Shown: positions 39,659-56,404 of the stretch, in pieces
How the letters are laid out: each line of letters starts with the position of its first letter
Numbering within the stretch: position 1 is the first letter of the stretch
Source: the human T2T-CHM13v2.0 reference genome, Homo sapiens
Direction: 5' to 3' (one strand)
DNA: 64,000 nt
Assembly: GCF_009914755.1 (NCBI RefSeq)
Contig: NC_060929.1
Made by a program: the position numbers and the translations under genes
The notes under the pieces: generated by a model
What the model was told of the DNA's origin: nothing
Seen by the model: the letters and a program-made list of their open reading frames with translations, nothing else
The model's database searches: none

Positions 39659-42600
39659 GTACCGCGCGCCTTCTCTCCGCGGTCTCCCAGCCTTGATCGC
39701 CGCACTCCCTTGCCGTCCTAATCCGGGGATCAGGGGTCGGGGGTCGTGAAAGAGTGCGGGGACTATGCTCCGAAATCCCCCCGCGTCACCAGTGGCGGGA
39801 CATCTCCACGCTCCTTCCGATCTTCATCCAGGGATTCTCCCATCTCCATACCCCTCCACCCCACTGCCAAGTGATCAGTCAGAATAGTGGCCCGACTTGC
39901 TTTCATTACCCTGGTAGAGGTCGAGTCGTTTCAGCTTCTCTGCCAACCATCTATTGCTTCTCTAGACCTGGCTCGCCAGATTTTTGTCTGGTGACATGTA
40001 TTGACACCTGTTGGGTGTAGATTGGCAAGACGGAACTAACTTATTTGGAAAAGTTTGATTTCTGCCATACCCGGCTGGCGCGTGTAGATTTCTTTGCCTG
40101 CAGATGTTTGACCACTGGTTGGGCTGGGAACAAGCGGGGCTCCCAAGCCGGACAGACACTTTCTGTTGGTCATTTTCAATCAGTCTTTGTGATTTCGGTC
40201 AGTTGGCCTTGCTAACATTTGACCTGCTGGGTGTAATTATGAAGGTAAATGTGTATTCATATTCCTCAGGATTAATATTTGGTAGCCACATTCTTGCTAT
40301 GTTTAAAAATGTGGGCATTTTTAAAGAACGCTTCTGTACTTTTAAATGAATGCTTTGAAAATGAATGCGACCTTTTAATTCTGGGTCATAATTTTATTAG
40401 TTTTGCTGTGTGCTCATGGTCGCGGGGTGGGGGAGAAAAACCCTTTAAGTCTTAGTGATCCCAGCCCCTCATTCCTGCAAACACAAAGTTTGTATGTTTC
40501 CAATCACCGTTTGGTTATTAAAGTTAAAGCAGACTAATTTTATGCCCCTAATGTTCTCATTTAGCTTCTCAATCCCCACCTTGATATGAAAAAGGCTGAT
40601 TGTTTTTGCTGTTGCGTAAAAATATTCGCAGCTGAATTTTCCATGTGAGTTCAGATCAGACAGCATCTACCGCACACCACAGAGGCTGTGGGAGGTGCTA
40701 GCAATGGAGTGATCCGTAAGATGCCTACCTAACCCTTTGGGGCTCATAAAACAATGTGTAAAATTAAGAGGAGTTAAAACTAGACCGACCGGAAGTTTGA
40801 GTTGTTTTCACTATAAATCATTAACAGACTTAAGTGATTAAACTTGTTATAACACTTATAAATCTGAAAGTTTAAATATGCTCTTTAGTTTCTGAGGGCT
40901 TGTTCAGAGTCATTTGAAAAACTGATTTCCAACTTTATAGATATAGATACTAGAAATATAAACATAAATTTCAAGTCATGCATTTTAGAATTTAAATTGG
41001 GAGAAGAGTTTTGAGGAAACATTTTTTTTCAGGAATATATATAAGTAACATTCTATTGGTGGGATTTTTTTTAAGGTATGTGTTCCAAGGCCCCGCAGGA
41101 ACCAAAATGAATAGGTTTCTAAATGTTATTATGTCTAAAGTAGAATAGGGTATTTTAAATTACTCAGGATATATATCATTTACTTAATCTCAAATTATTT
41201 GTTTTCTTCATATTTATATTAATATAAGATAACCACTTTTGATTTTTTTTTTTTCAGTTAGGGGTGGGGAGTTGTTACCTGTTACAATTCATATGGCTCT
41301 CTGACTTGCTAATGTTATATGGAAACCAACATTTTTCTACTTGGAAAATATCTGGACTGTAATCTTCAAGACTGTTTTCTTTCTTGCACTTTAATAAGGA
41401 AACATAACTTCCAAATAGTTTGACTTTCATGCCACTTTCTAATGGTTGTCCTAAATAGGCCATCTAATGAAAAAATTGTTTTCCCTTTTTATGACCATGC
41501 AAATGATGAGTATTTCTCAGTCATTTTATTCATCTTCAAGAGGTTAGAAATTAGAATCTTTGGTGTTTGTAGATAAATCTGAGATGTAGAGAAGCAAGCA
41601 TTCCAGAATGGATTAGGAGTTGGGCTGGGAAACCTTCCACATTTTGTCTTGCATTAGATGTGCTGCTGTGAGTTGGGTTAGCTTAGCCCACTGATGCTTT
41701 TCTCTGGCACTGCCAACTGGGTGTGTTTGAATAATTAAGAAGAAACTGTGAAAATAAGAAACAAGGAGAAACATTCTACCTTAAATCTACAGTTTATCCA
41801 GTTGGTTACCTCTCAGCTAATTTATGTTGCTGAGGTGCTTAGATCATCCAGACACTGAGACACGAAGGATCTGTGGAGGATGTGAGGAGATGAGCACATC
41901 CCAAGGTTTGCTTCTTTCTCCTTATATGCTTCTGGAGCTTTCCATATCAATATCTCCCTCAACACTATCAACACAGTTGAAGGTTAGGGCTTGAAACAGG
42001 ACTTAGTGAGGCAGAGTCATTTTTCTTCACCAAGTTTCCGTGTTATTTCTTTAAGCACATCTCTTAATCTTTTCTCTTTTTTTCTGTTAATGAAATCTCT
42101 GTTTCCTAATATGTAAAAATTAAGAATTTGGCTAAGTTGGTTTCCAATTACCTTTCAATAATGGCATCTTCTATTTCTAAGGTTATGACAGACAGGGTGA
42201 GCTTTTTGCAGTGTGGAGAATGTGAAAGACCATTTCACAAGATTCAGAGATTACCAGTGTTTGTAATAAATACTGCATCTGAAAAGCCGAGGACAAGCAG
42301 GTGATTGAAGTGGACATTCTGATAAATTAGTTAGGTCAGCAGATGTGCAAACCTATAGTAACATCATTGCCTGAGGCAGAGACATTCTTATTACTCACAT
42401 TGGAGGGCGACATATTTATTGTAATCCCCTTGACAGTTACAATAGTTGATGTAATTATTGCTATAAACTGCCTCTAAGCATTCTTGGGAGCTTAAAGTCC
42501 ACATATCCTTCAATGATTTTTATGCTTATTAGTTGTGTTTTTAGGTAAGTTACAAGAAGAAAACACCCATTGGTTTGCTTCCTGTAAATAACAATTCAAA

Positions 42601-44711
42601 ATAAGTTGGTTGACAACAACAAAAAAATCCGTTTTTTTTTTTTTTTTACACTTGGACTTAAATTGTTTCCAGTTAAGCAGAAAAAAGAAAGTCACTTTCC
42701 AAATATGCTTAGATTGTAGGAATATTTGCATTGCTCTATTTTTTTCATAGTGTTCTCAGATTTCACTTTGATGAGTCTTTGGAGGATTGCAAGGCTCTCT
42801 TATCAGCCTTCCATAGTGACTACTTCTTTGGGATAGCAATGGTGATATAATCAAAATGAGATCAGTTAAAAACAATTTTAAGTGGTTTATTTTCTCCAAA
42901 AGTGTTGTTCCTTTTCTTAAAAAGGTGTCCGATGGCACTTCTTTCTAGTTAAGCTCCATTTGTGGAAAATGAAAACCTCCCGTTTTGTTCCAGGTGAAGG
43001 AGAAAGGGAAGTTGTATTTAGCAAGTACCTTCTACATGGTAGGCTCTGTGCTCTTGGTGGCTGTTATCCTCTCTTACCTCATCTAATTTGAACTTCAGCT
43101 TTTGGAGATGATGAGTATTAACATCATCGTTATTATTACCTATTGCTAACACTGAAACTCAAAGACTTCTGGGGAGATGATCAAAGTCCAGTTGAAGATA
43201 TAAAGACTAAATTATGTTGAAGAGTTCCTTACTAAGACTGTTTTTAAATCCACTGAGCAAATCTAGATGGATGGGGGCTTGGGGTATAGGATGTGAATCA
43301 CTGTTTTGTTTATTCTTATTTCCTTTTCAAAACTATTTAAATGGCAGTTGTAATTCTTGAGAAATACGATTGCAGACCATTACATGTTCAAAGAAAAACG
43401 GGATTTATTTTTAAACAAGCAGTTTTACATGACATTACTTCAGGAATTCATTTACTTCAGGAATGGGGTACCTTTAAAAATATTTGCATTTAGGGTGAAA
43501 GTACACATCCCAGTTAGTCTGCTCTGTTTCAGTGGCAGTATCTGTCTTGCCTACTAGCAGGAGAAGACACATAGCAAAAAAGCCACCTTGATTCTTATTT
43601 TTCTGGTGGTGGTAAATGTTCTCTTCAGCCTGATTTCACTTGTTTTGGGGGGTAAAATATCTCTTTCGCTCTGGAGGTTTAAAGAAGTAGACATTTGCAT
43701 TTGTGCTGAATTAAACATGTTGGTTTAATTTTAAAGGGATTAAAGGCTATGTGATTTCCTGTCACTTCATTACTAGTCATTTTAGCCTTCCTAAATTGAC
43801 CACAAGCAGAGGATTTTAATCATCGAATGAATTAGGCAGAGCTGCGTGCGAACTCTGAAATATTTGTGGGAGATGGAGAGTGTGGATGGTGGATTTTCAT
43901 ACTACTTCACGTTGTCTAATTATAACCAACTCAACTTTTGTTTACTGAACACAAAGGGAAAATGGAATAATGATATTTGCTAAATCTTATACAATGTTAA
44001 AAAATATAATTTAGGGAACAAAATAATTTATTACTTAAACTTTGTAATTATCCTTCTCTTTAAAGTTAAATGAAAAAAAAATCTCATGGATTAGCAAAAT
44101 TGAGTTATTTTAATTTTGGCTACACTAAGCCTTACTATTTAGATTGTTGTGTAAGAATTCAACACAGAAAAGTCCATCCCTGATGTGACAGATGTATTAA
44201 TACATAAAAATGCATTATTGTTGTGAACAACTATTTTTCTGTGGGTTTCATTAAGTGACAACTAAGCGCATTGTCGAGGGGTAGAAAATACTTGTAGTGT
44301 TATAACAATTTTTCCCTTCTTTTGACAATTAAAAAATAGAGAAATTTTTCTCCCACTGGATGATGACAAGACCTAAAGCATGTGTGATAACCAAATGTTT
44401 CTGGTTTTAGCAAGCAAATGTCAGTGGTTCATTAAAACAATTGCTGATATTGCTGTCTGTTTAATGCAGATTATATTTTTAAATGGATTTTTTTCTGCAG
44501 TTTTCAATACTACTTAAATATGCATGCCACAGTCAGTATAATTTTAATTTTTTGGAATGAAATTACTTAGTCTTTATGATTATTTTGTAATGAAATAAGT
44601 CAGATTGACCAACCATATGGATTTGCTCAAGTCTTAAATTCTACTTTTCACAGGTTTAAAGTGGCTTTCTATTTTTATACCTATTTATTTGTTCTACAAG
44701 AAAGGGATATA

Positions 44712-44715
<4 letters not shown>

Positions 44716-44747
<32 letters not shown>

Positions 44748-44752
44748 TGTGT
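44716..44752. repeat. (TG)n microsatellite
   Basis: directly visible. Confidence 0.95.
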
Positions 44753-45738
44753 GGTGTTTATTCAGTTTGTTACCCTTCTACTATTTTCTACCGTTGAATA
44801 TTAAACCTTTGTTAGGCGGTTATATATTGGAGTTTGCAGATTTTGATTTGTACATTAACATTTCAAGACCTGAGTTATAAATCCCATCTATCTATAATTT
44901 GGGGAGCTTTATTTTTCAGGACTAAGGATATGGAATGATTCTGTTAAATTACTCACAATATAAATTCCTCTCTGAAATTAGTTTACCTTAAACAAAGACT
45001 GTAAATAGTAAAATTTTATTGATATTTAAATGAAACTAGAAATGATATTTGTTAAATATCAACATAGCACTGTGATAAATGTTTGATTATTTTATAACAT
45101 TTGGCCTTTATTCTAAAATCTAACCATTATTCTAAAATTATCCATTACATTTTTATTGGTGCAACTTTTAAATTTTAGCTGATTGAGAAGTTATAAATAC
45201 ATGAATTTGGTTCCGCCAAAGGGAATATGTTAGCATTTTTGCCCAAGGAGTTAAAAATGTAATTGTGTATATATTTAGAAAAAAACAGTAGCAGGTTTGT
45301 TGTTGTTGTTGTTGTTGCAGAAAATATTGGCATCAGTAGGTGGAACAGAGATGCAAAAAGCACATGGACTCACAGTTTTATTTTTTTACTGGCACTTGAA
45401 AAACTAATGATTTAATGAAAAATAAGGATTCAAATCATTTTTCCTAAAACTTATTACAGTGACTACAAAATGCTTCAAATATACTTTTAGGGAGAAAGCA
45501 GGAAAAAAATAACAAGTTTGAGTTGGTCTGTGTTTATTTAACTAATATACTACAGTGTTTCTTTTCTTTGTTAAAAAACTGTAAAGCAAGAAATGAGACA
45601 GAAAGTTGGGGAGGCCTATATAAGAATAATTTACAGCTTTAGATTAAATAAGTTAATCAGAATTTTAATTCTCATAAGATCTGAGAAGATAAAGATAAAA
45701 TGATGTAAAAAAAGCAATCCTTAAAAATAAAATTTGTT

Positions 45739-46060
<322 letters not shown>

Positions 46061-46569
46061 TTATTGATCCTTTAGTGCTTAATTAAAAAAAAATTCAGGT
46101 CACAATATCTGTTTTTAGCTCTTATGATACTTACCAGTATGACATTGTGAAGACCTGTGGTGATGGAAACAGCAGGGATATGAGTGGTACTTTTTATTAT
46201 TTTCAGGGTACTGAAGTGTTTCATTTTGTCATTGTCTGATTTAATTTAGACATGCCTGATTCATTTCCTGGACTGTATTTATAAGCCCATGCCATTTGTG
46301 TGACTAATGTAAACAGTGGGGTCAGTTCTTTCAAATAGAGGGACTGTTGAAAAGCTAGGAGGTTTCCTGCATTTAGCAATGTGGAAATAGGGAGGTGATA
46401 ACTTGGTCTAAGGCTCAGTAGATAACATTATAACTGATCACAAAAGAAGTCATGACGAGATAATGTCAGTGATTCATAGGAATAGGAGGCCACTCATATT
46501 AATATGAATTTGCTTTCTTTTAAGAATGTAAGAATATCAGTTTCTAGGTGAAGTGCTGGTGTTGTGTAT

Positions 46570-46790
46570 GGTTCAGTTCAGGATTTAAACTGCATAGGAT
46601 TCAGTCTTGGCTCTGCTACTTACCAGACACATGATCTTGAGCAATTTCTCTTTCTAAGCCTGGCTCCCTGCCTGGAATATGGAGATCCGGATAGTACCTG
46701 CTCCATCAGGTTGTTGTGAGGCTCACAGGCCAAGCTCTTGGCATAGGCCTGGCACATGGTGAATGGTCAGCACATTTGCCAGCTAGCATT
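46570..46790 (+). mobile_element. MIR SINE
   Basis: ggctctgctacttaccag...atcttgagcaa...atagtacctg...gttgttgtgagg...cctggcacat. Confidence 0.7.
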
Positions 46791-47330
46791 TTTATTACTC
46801 TCTTTGATATTCCTCTTTTTATTTTCATTATTAGGATGACTTAGAAAGTATTTTCCTTTCCTTTCCCTTTCAAAAATACTTTAACACACACAAAATAGAA
46901 TATTTCAGGGAATGCCAACCTACTCATCCTCCAGCTTCAACATCTTCATCTTTCTGCCATTCTTGTTTTATCTGTCTCCATGTGTACATTTTTTTTTTTG
47001 TTAGACCACTTTAAAGCAAGTTCCAGACATTGTATTATTTCACTTGTAAATAAGGAACTTTTTTCCTTTTTGGCATAGCACTTTTTTGGCACTGGAGATT
47101 GCACTGGATATAGCTCTGAAAAGGACTATCTTGGAAAGAGTTCATAATGAGTTTCTGTTAATAATGTGTGCTATTATAAAGGTAGCCCTCTTTTTTGTTT
47201 CTTTCATGTTATAATAAAGGAAAAAACTTAAGACAATAGTTGTGAAGACATAAAGGAGATGGAATTGGCTTTTAAATAAGTCCTAGTATGTTAAATCTTA
47301 AAGGGAAGGAAGTTTGAATCAATTTTAAAA

Positions 47331-48772
<1,442 letters not shown>

Positions 48773-50057
48773 TGAGAATGTCATCCATGAGCTAATGTCT
48801 CATCCAACTTTCACAATCAATTCTGAGACCCAACAGCTGGTCAATATTATTTTAGGGCAGTTACTAAGGCTTCATTAATCAAGTGTGTAGTTGGCTTTTT
48901 CTAGTATTGTTAAACTTTTATCTAGGGTTAGTTGGTTTCTGTCCTATGACTGATTGTTTTAGGCCCTTTTGATTGCAAGGGAGAGGTATGAACTAGAGTT
49001 GTCTTGAATAATGATCACCTCTGAGTGTTGAGGGGAACAGTGGGAATATTACAAGACAATATACAGGTGAGTAGTGCTCTTTATGGGGACTTAGCTCTTC
49101 TTTGGATATTGCTGCTGGCCAACCTTTCAGTGTGTTTATCCCCGTTTGCCTTCTCACTGAGTCTTTCCTCATAGGTTTTTTTTCCCCTAACTTCAGGTTG
49201 TCATAACCCTCATGATACTAACTCAGTGTTGTGGTCCCTTTTCTCCTGCTTCAGTTTTCACTGCAGCATCTCTCATATCCAGGGTCATATTCTTGTGAGA
49301 TAGAATCTGATTGTCTCAGTTCAAATTTGGGGGCCAGACAAAATCATCAGTCTCTGACCAGCCCGTGGCTTAACTGCGAAACAGCAGGGGCTATGGACGA
49401 GGGTGTTTCACAGAACGTTTAATGAGCATGATAGTAATTATTAACACATCTAGTGCATTCATCAAGCTAGTTAAGATTACTTTTACCAAACCAATGTTCA
49501 TTCACTGTGATAGGCCACATTCTCTTCCTTCAGTAGCAGTTTTACATCCTCACCTTATCAACAAGATCTTACAATAATACACCATTTCTGTCCTCTGGTC
49601 CTGCGCTGTCACCTGTACCGCCCAGAGTCCATGTTCAAAATTTTTCTTTACTTTTTTATATTTTAAAAATTATTTACAATTGTTCTTGTAACAATAAATT
49701 AAAAATAAACCTATTTTTCAAAATGTAGCGTACATCAGAAAAGTACACACATCATAGGTGTGCAACTTGATGAGTTTTCACAAAGTGAATATTTTTGTAA
49801 TCAGCACCCATATCAAGACATTGACACGATCAGCCCTCCAGAGCTAACCTCATGCCTATTCCTCTCCACCACCCCAACCATGGGTAGCCACCATCCTTAA
49901 TTTGTGACACCATAGAATGCTTTTGCCAGTTTTTGAACTTCCTATTCACAGACTCATGAAGTAAGTACTCTTTCATGTTGGATTTCTCTTCCTCAACATC
50001 ATATTTGTGAGATTCATCCACGTTGTTGTTTGTTCCTTTTCATTTCTTTCTTTCTCT

Positions 50058-50668
<611 letters not shown>

Positions 50669-51079
50669 CCCTTTTCATTTATAGGTAGTATTCCTCTGAA
50701 TGAGTATACAAAGATTTCTTTATTCTGCATTTGGGCTGGTTCCAATTTGGAGCTGTTATAAATAATCCTGCTTTGAAAAGTCTTGTACAAGCCTTTTGGT
50801 GTACATACATGTGCATATTTCTGTTGGGTATATATACTCAGGAATGGAGTTGTTTCAAAGGGCATGCATATATTCAGCTTCAATAATTTTTGCTAAATAG
50901 TTTTCCAAGATAGTTCTATCAATTTATACTTCCACCAGCAATGTTTAAGAATTCCAGTTACTTTCCAACCTTGCCAACCCTTGGTCTTATCAGGATTTTA
51001 GTTGTAAGCATTCTAATAGGTGTGTAGTAACATGTCATTTTGATTTGGATTTTCATTTCTCTGATAAAAATGAGGTTGA

Positions 51080-51414
<335 letters not shown>

Positions 51415-51959
51415 TGTTCTCTGTTTCGAAGTGCTTGTTCAACCTTTACCCATCTTTTATTGAATTGTCTAATTGATTTGTAGGACTTAGAAATATTAAG
51501 TTAAACTATATGACCTACCATTTCTGTACATCAAAAATGGTTAAATATCATAATTTCATATTGTTTATCCTAATATATATGATGAGTCCTTTGTCAGTTA
51601 TATGTATTGCAAGTATTTTCTCCTGCTGTGGTTTGCCTTTCTACTCTCTTAACGGTGTCTTTAATGAACAGAAGTTCTAAACTTTATGTAGTATAAGTTA
51701 TCTCTTTTTCTTTATGGCATTTATCTGTCCATGAAATGAATGGAGATGAGGACAACATCTGAAGTTGTTTTATGTAGAAAGTGCAGGAACTGGGCCTCTC
51801 CCCTGCTGCTCTGATAGATCAAATTGTGGTTAAATCAAGCAGACAGATCACAGAAGACCCAACCATAGGTGGAATAGAATGTGCTTACAGTAGGTTGCGG
51901 TTGCCACCCCAGGATGTCTTCCTTTTAGAGGAAGTCTCCAAGGACAATTCTGAAAGACA

Positions 51960-53430
51960 AAAGTCATGATGTTCTTCCCTCCCTCATCCTCCTGTGATCT
52001 GAGGTCTTCCCTCCTCGGGTGCTGGGTTGTTGCTCTTCCTGCGCCTCCACGTATTCTGGGTATCTCATTCCAGTAGCACTAACTTCATGTTTTCCCAATA
52101 ATTCCTTAGTCACACCTAGATGTTTTGTCTGGAAGGGACAAGGGCACTTAATAAAACTTATGCAGAATTAAGTTTGAATCCTGGAGGTCCCTTTAAGCTT
52201 TGCTGCTACTTGGAGGGCGAGCCAACCAGGCTGGCCTGGGGGTGCTATGAGGGAAAGAAAAATGCATCATGGGCAGCAATGGTCAGGACGGTATCCTGAA
52301 TTTTCAAAACAGGTCTCTATGATACTCCATAATCACCTCGCTCCCATTTTGTCCTGACCATTATCCAGGAAGTGGCCAAGAAGTGATGATCCCTTTTTGG
52401 GGATAGTACATTCAATGATCAAAGTACCTTACTAAAGTGTATGGACCAGGAGGAGATGAGGGAGAGAGGGAGCTGGACAGCCAGTTCATTGTTGAGTATA
52501 TAGATTCGTTCAAGAGCTACAATGGTGTGGCTGGAAACAGCTGACCAGTAATAATCCGAAAAGGTATCAACAGTGGTAAGGCAGCATTGATAGCCCTGAG
52601 AGGGGTTTGAAGGCCTGATGTAGCCAATCTGCCAGGAGCAGTAGGGGGTAATGCTCCTTGCAATATGACCTTTCTCATTGCAAGACTAATGGGTCAGCTT
52701 TTGGCAGGAGTCACAAGTCTGTCATTCATTGGTAGCCTCTGCATCAGAAACAGCCAGACTTGATGAATGGTGGGTTCCATCAGAAAACCAGTCCTTATTT
52801 GAGAGTATCTATGCAATTGTTCCAGACAGTTCGATCAGCAGCCATGATTTGTTTCCAGATTCACATCCACAAAGAAGGGTATCTTTAATCTGCCAGTCTG
52901 TAGTTTTCCAAGTGGTAGCACAAACAGCTATGCTGTTGGCAACAACCGAAAAGTCAGTTCTACCCCCGAATGAAGCAAGAACATCTGTCTGCAAGAACAT
53001 CTATCTGCTTTTGCTTCAGCACAGCTGACACTGAAGCTGAGTAGCTACAGCGCCCTAGTGAACACCACTGGGTTTCAGCTTAGCCAAACCATCGGTGAAC
53101 TAGGCCCAGGCATTTAGGAAATCTGTGCCAGGGCCTCATTGAGCCAGTGTCTTTGGTTCAGATATTAGAGTTGGGGATAAATTTTCCCCCAGAGGGACAC
53201 TAGCTACTTTTTTAATAATGTAAAGCTAAGATACAGCTGAGGCCGCCAGACCAGCTCTATTCTTCAGTATGCCATTTCCATTCGACAAGCAAGGAGGTGT
53301 CCCTTCCCACCTGTGAGTTCTTGATCTGACTTCATCTATCTTCAGATGGGAATTTAGGCCGGAGAGTCACAAAGTCTTTATGAATCGGTTTTGACAAAGA
53401 CTCTGTGGCAGCAAACTAATAGTTGCCTGT
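51960..53430 (-). mobile_element. ERVL-class (class III) endogenous retrovirus internal remnant: RT connection, RNase H, integrase
   Basis: Minus-strand translations in retroviral order: RQLL...VTLRPKFPI (~53350-53430), LVEWKWH (~53270), A*FTDGLA (~53085-53107), TDFSVVANSIAVCATTWKTTDWQIKD (~52880-52960), TCDSCQK (~52700), GHIA..SWQIGYIRP..QGYQCCLTTVDTFS (~52560-52670). Stops and frameshifts throughout. Confidence 0.85.
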
Positions 53431-54473
53431 ATGCCTTGTAATTTTGATGAATGCTGGACATTGGGTGTGAAAAATCGTAGTGGTAATTTGAGGCCCTGTT
53501 ATTTTTTTTTCAGAGAGGATTTACTTTTGCTTTCTTGCAGGCATTAGTGTGGGGGCACATTCTATTAATCCATTTTGGGATTGAGCTGGTCAGCTAGGTT
53601 TCAGGTTTTCTGAGAGCTTGTCTACTTCCAGTTTGCCCTAATTTCTAAAGTATAGCCTTCCCAGAGTCTTCTCTGGAATTTTGGGATATTTACACAACTC
53701 TTCCTCTTTTGGCTCCTCAGTCCCATGAGATTGTCAGGAACTCAGTGCTGGTCTCCTGCCTTTTAGCTGCTGCTTTCTGCTTGGTTTCTTAGCCTCCTGG
53801 CTCTGCATGCCAATAAAGTGGCAAACGCCTCTTTATCGAAAAGCTTCCCTGAGTGTCAGACTCACTGCCAGTGAACCTCCCTCCTCTCAGGCATCCTTGC
53901 TGCTCATGTCTTGGCTGTCTTGTTTGCTTAATGATGAGTTCAAACAGATTTTTTTTTTTCTTTTTGGCATTGTGTCCAGCTTTGAAAATTCTTCTTAGTG
54001 CGTGTGTCGTTGAGGGGTGGGTCTGCAACAAGCTACTTGGCCATTACTACTTAGCCAGGAGTTTTAATCTTGAGTTTAAAAGCATATGAAACTCTTTTTA
54101 AAACAGTGGAAAAGTTAACCCCCTTATTTTCTGGAAACTTACCTGTTAATTACTTCTAGCTCAATAATGATAAGCTAGTAATTAGTCAAATTACAACTAA
54201 TCCTTATTTTATCAATTTAATTCTGAACATTGCTGAACATTGTACATTTGAACAAAAGAAAAGAAAAATATCATTTTGTAGTCATAAGACATTTTACAGC
54301 TATTTATCCTTATTTACTAATGAGTGGTGAGGTATATATTTTGAGGGTACCAAGCTGTGAGTCCCATTTATTCCTTACATAGTGGGTTTAGTTTAAACTT
54401 GGCTTTTAGGTATTTTCTCATACCTGATATCTGTCTGTTGATCTATTGTATATTTTAGTTGATGAACATTTAA

Positions 54474-54776
<303 letters not shown>

Positions 54777-55899
54777 TAAAGCAATCATCTTTCTGTAGGC
54801 CTGTAGTATACTAACTTGTTAATTTTTATGAACATTGTTTTGTGTTATACGACTGTAAGAGCCACTCTTTGTTTAATGCTAATTTGGGGTTAACACTGAG
54901 GCATGCACTTTCCATATATTATCCCATTTAATCCTCACAACCACCTTGAGATATCAGTATCTTGTTTTGCAGGAGGCTTAGAACGGTTTAGTAATTCACT
55001 TGGGGCAAACCTTTACGAAATGGCAAACCTGGTTAATAGAACCAAAATTAATAACAGCATTTGGTGAGCATGGCCCTTAGCTAGGAGCTGGAAGTATATA
55101 ACTAGGAAGGAAATGTTTTTGTCTTCAGTCTCATTCTCCTCCATCGGAACTAGTATACATAACCTCTATAATCTCTATGTGCTGGGTTCTGTGCTGAGGG
55201 CCTGAGAACTTAGACATGATAGAAAGTCGGGTGTTGGGGAACAGCAGTCTGTGTCTGAAGAACCCACTGTCTTCCTCCTGAACCTCTTGACTTGCAGCTC
55301 AGGCTTCCTTCTTGGTGTCTGCCCAGCTCCACAAGGTGCCTGGCACTGAGGATGTAGAAAACACAGCTCTTTGCCGTTTCAGACCTTGCCTATGGTACAG
55401 CTCTTGACTCCGTGAGGACATTTCTTACATTTTAAGGTGGGTCCACATCCTCTGTGCCTTGATTTATGCTACCACTTTCTGGCCACTAGAAAGTTCTAAG
55501 TTTCAATCTCCCCAGGCCCAGAGCAGTGAATACCATGTTGCCACACATTGGCAAACTGCAACCTGTGCCATTCACTGTGTGCGTAATTAAATGAGAAGGG
55601 GTCCTTAGATGTACACGGTCTTTCTGTTTTGGTCCATAGCGTCCTCTTGTATTTGTTTTGTTGGCAAGGTTCACCTATTTGGAATTGTGACATCAAATGG
55701 CTGAATAGTAGCATCCTGTGATTGTAGAGCCCCAACTGTCGTTTCCTCCCATGAACATGAGTATAGAAATTTATTTTCAGCATGGTGGTTTGAGCAGAGT
55801 CCATCCTCCTTCCTGTTTACCTGGCCTGTCCTTTGTTATAGCACGGAAGGAGCCATGGCATTCCATTTGGATGAATGGTACCAAACGTCCAGTATATTG

Positions 55900-56080
55900 A
55901 GGCCAAATTCCCAAGTTCAAGTTCTAGATCCATCTTTGACAAACTCTGGATCCTCAAGCTTACTCATGTCTTCATCTGGAAAATAGGCATGATAATTTCT
56001 ACCTAATAAAGAAAGTGGAATATTAAATTAACTGAGATAATCTTATGTGAAAGGTGTTTGTAAACTATAAAATGCTACCA
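55900..56080 (+). mobile_element. MIR SINE
   Basis: cttcatctggaaaataggcatgataat.tctacct...ttaactgagataa. Confidence 0.55.
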
Positions 56081-56083
56081 AAA

Positions 56084-56404
<321 letters not shown>

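Larger units (their letters stand above)
38760..39800. promoter_or_regulatory. CpG island / RASGRF2 promoter and 5' UTR
   Basis: Very GC-rich and CpG-dense against a CpG-depleted background. GC boxes (GGGGCGGG ~38838, GGGCGG ~39153), CACGTGAC at 38948. Overlaps coding exon 1. Confidence 0.93.

Noticed and set aside
39659-39721. Last 20 codons of the 116-aa track ORF (VPRAFSPR...)
   Set aside because: Lies past the exon-1 donor; intron read-through rather than RASGRF2 protein.
44192-44205. 14-bp perfect palindrome ATGTATTAATACAT
   Set aside because: Several such palindromes are expected by chance in 64 kb of AT-rich DNA.
44350-44450. Possible intronic C/D-box snoRNA (ATGATGA at ~44360, CTGA at ~44444)
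   Set aside because: No terminal stem flanking both boxes and no recognisable rRNA guide; the motifs are frequent by chance.
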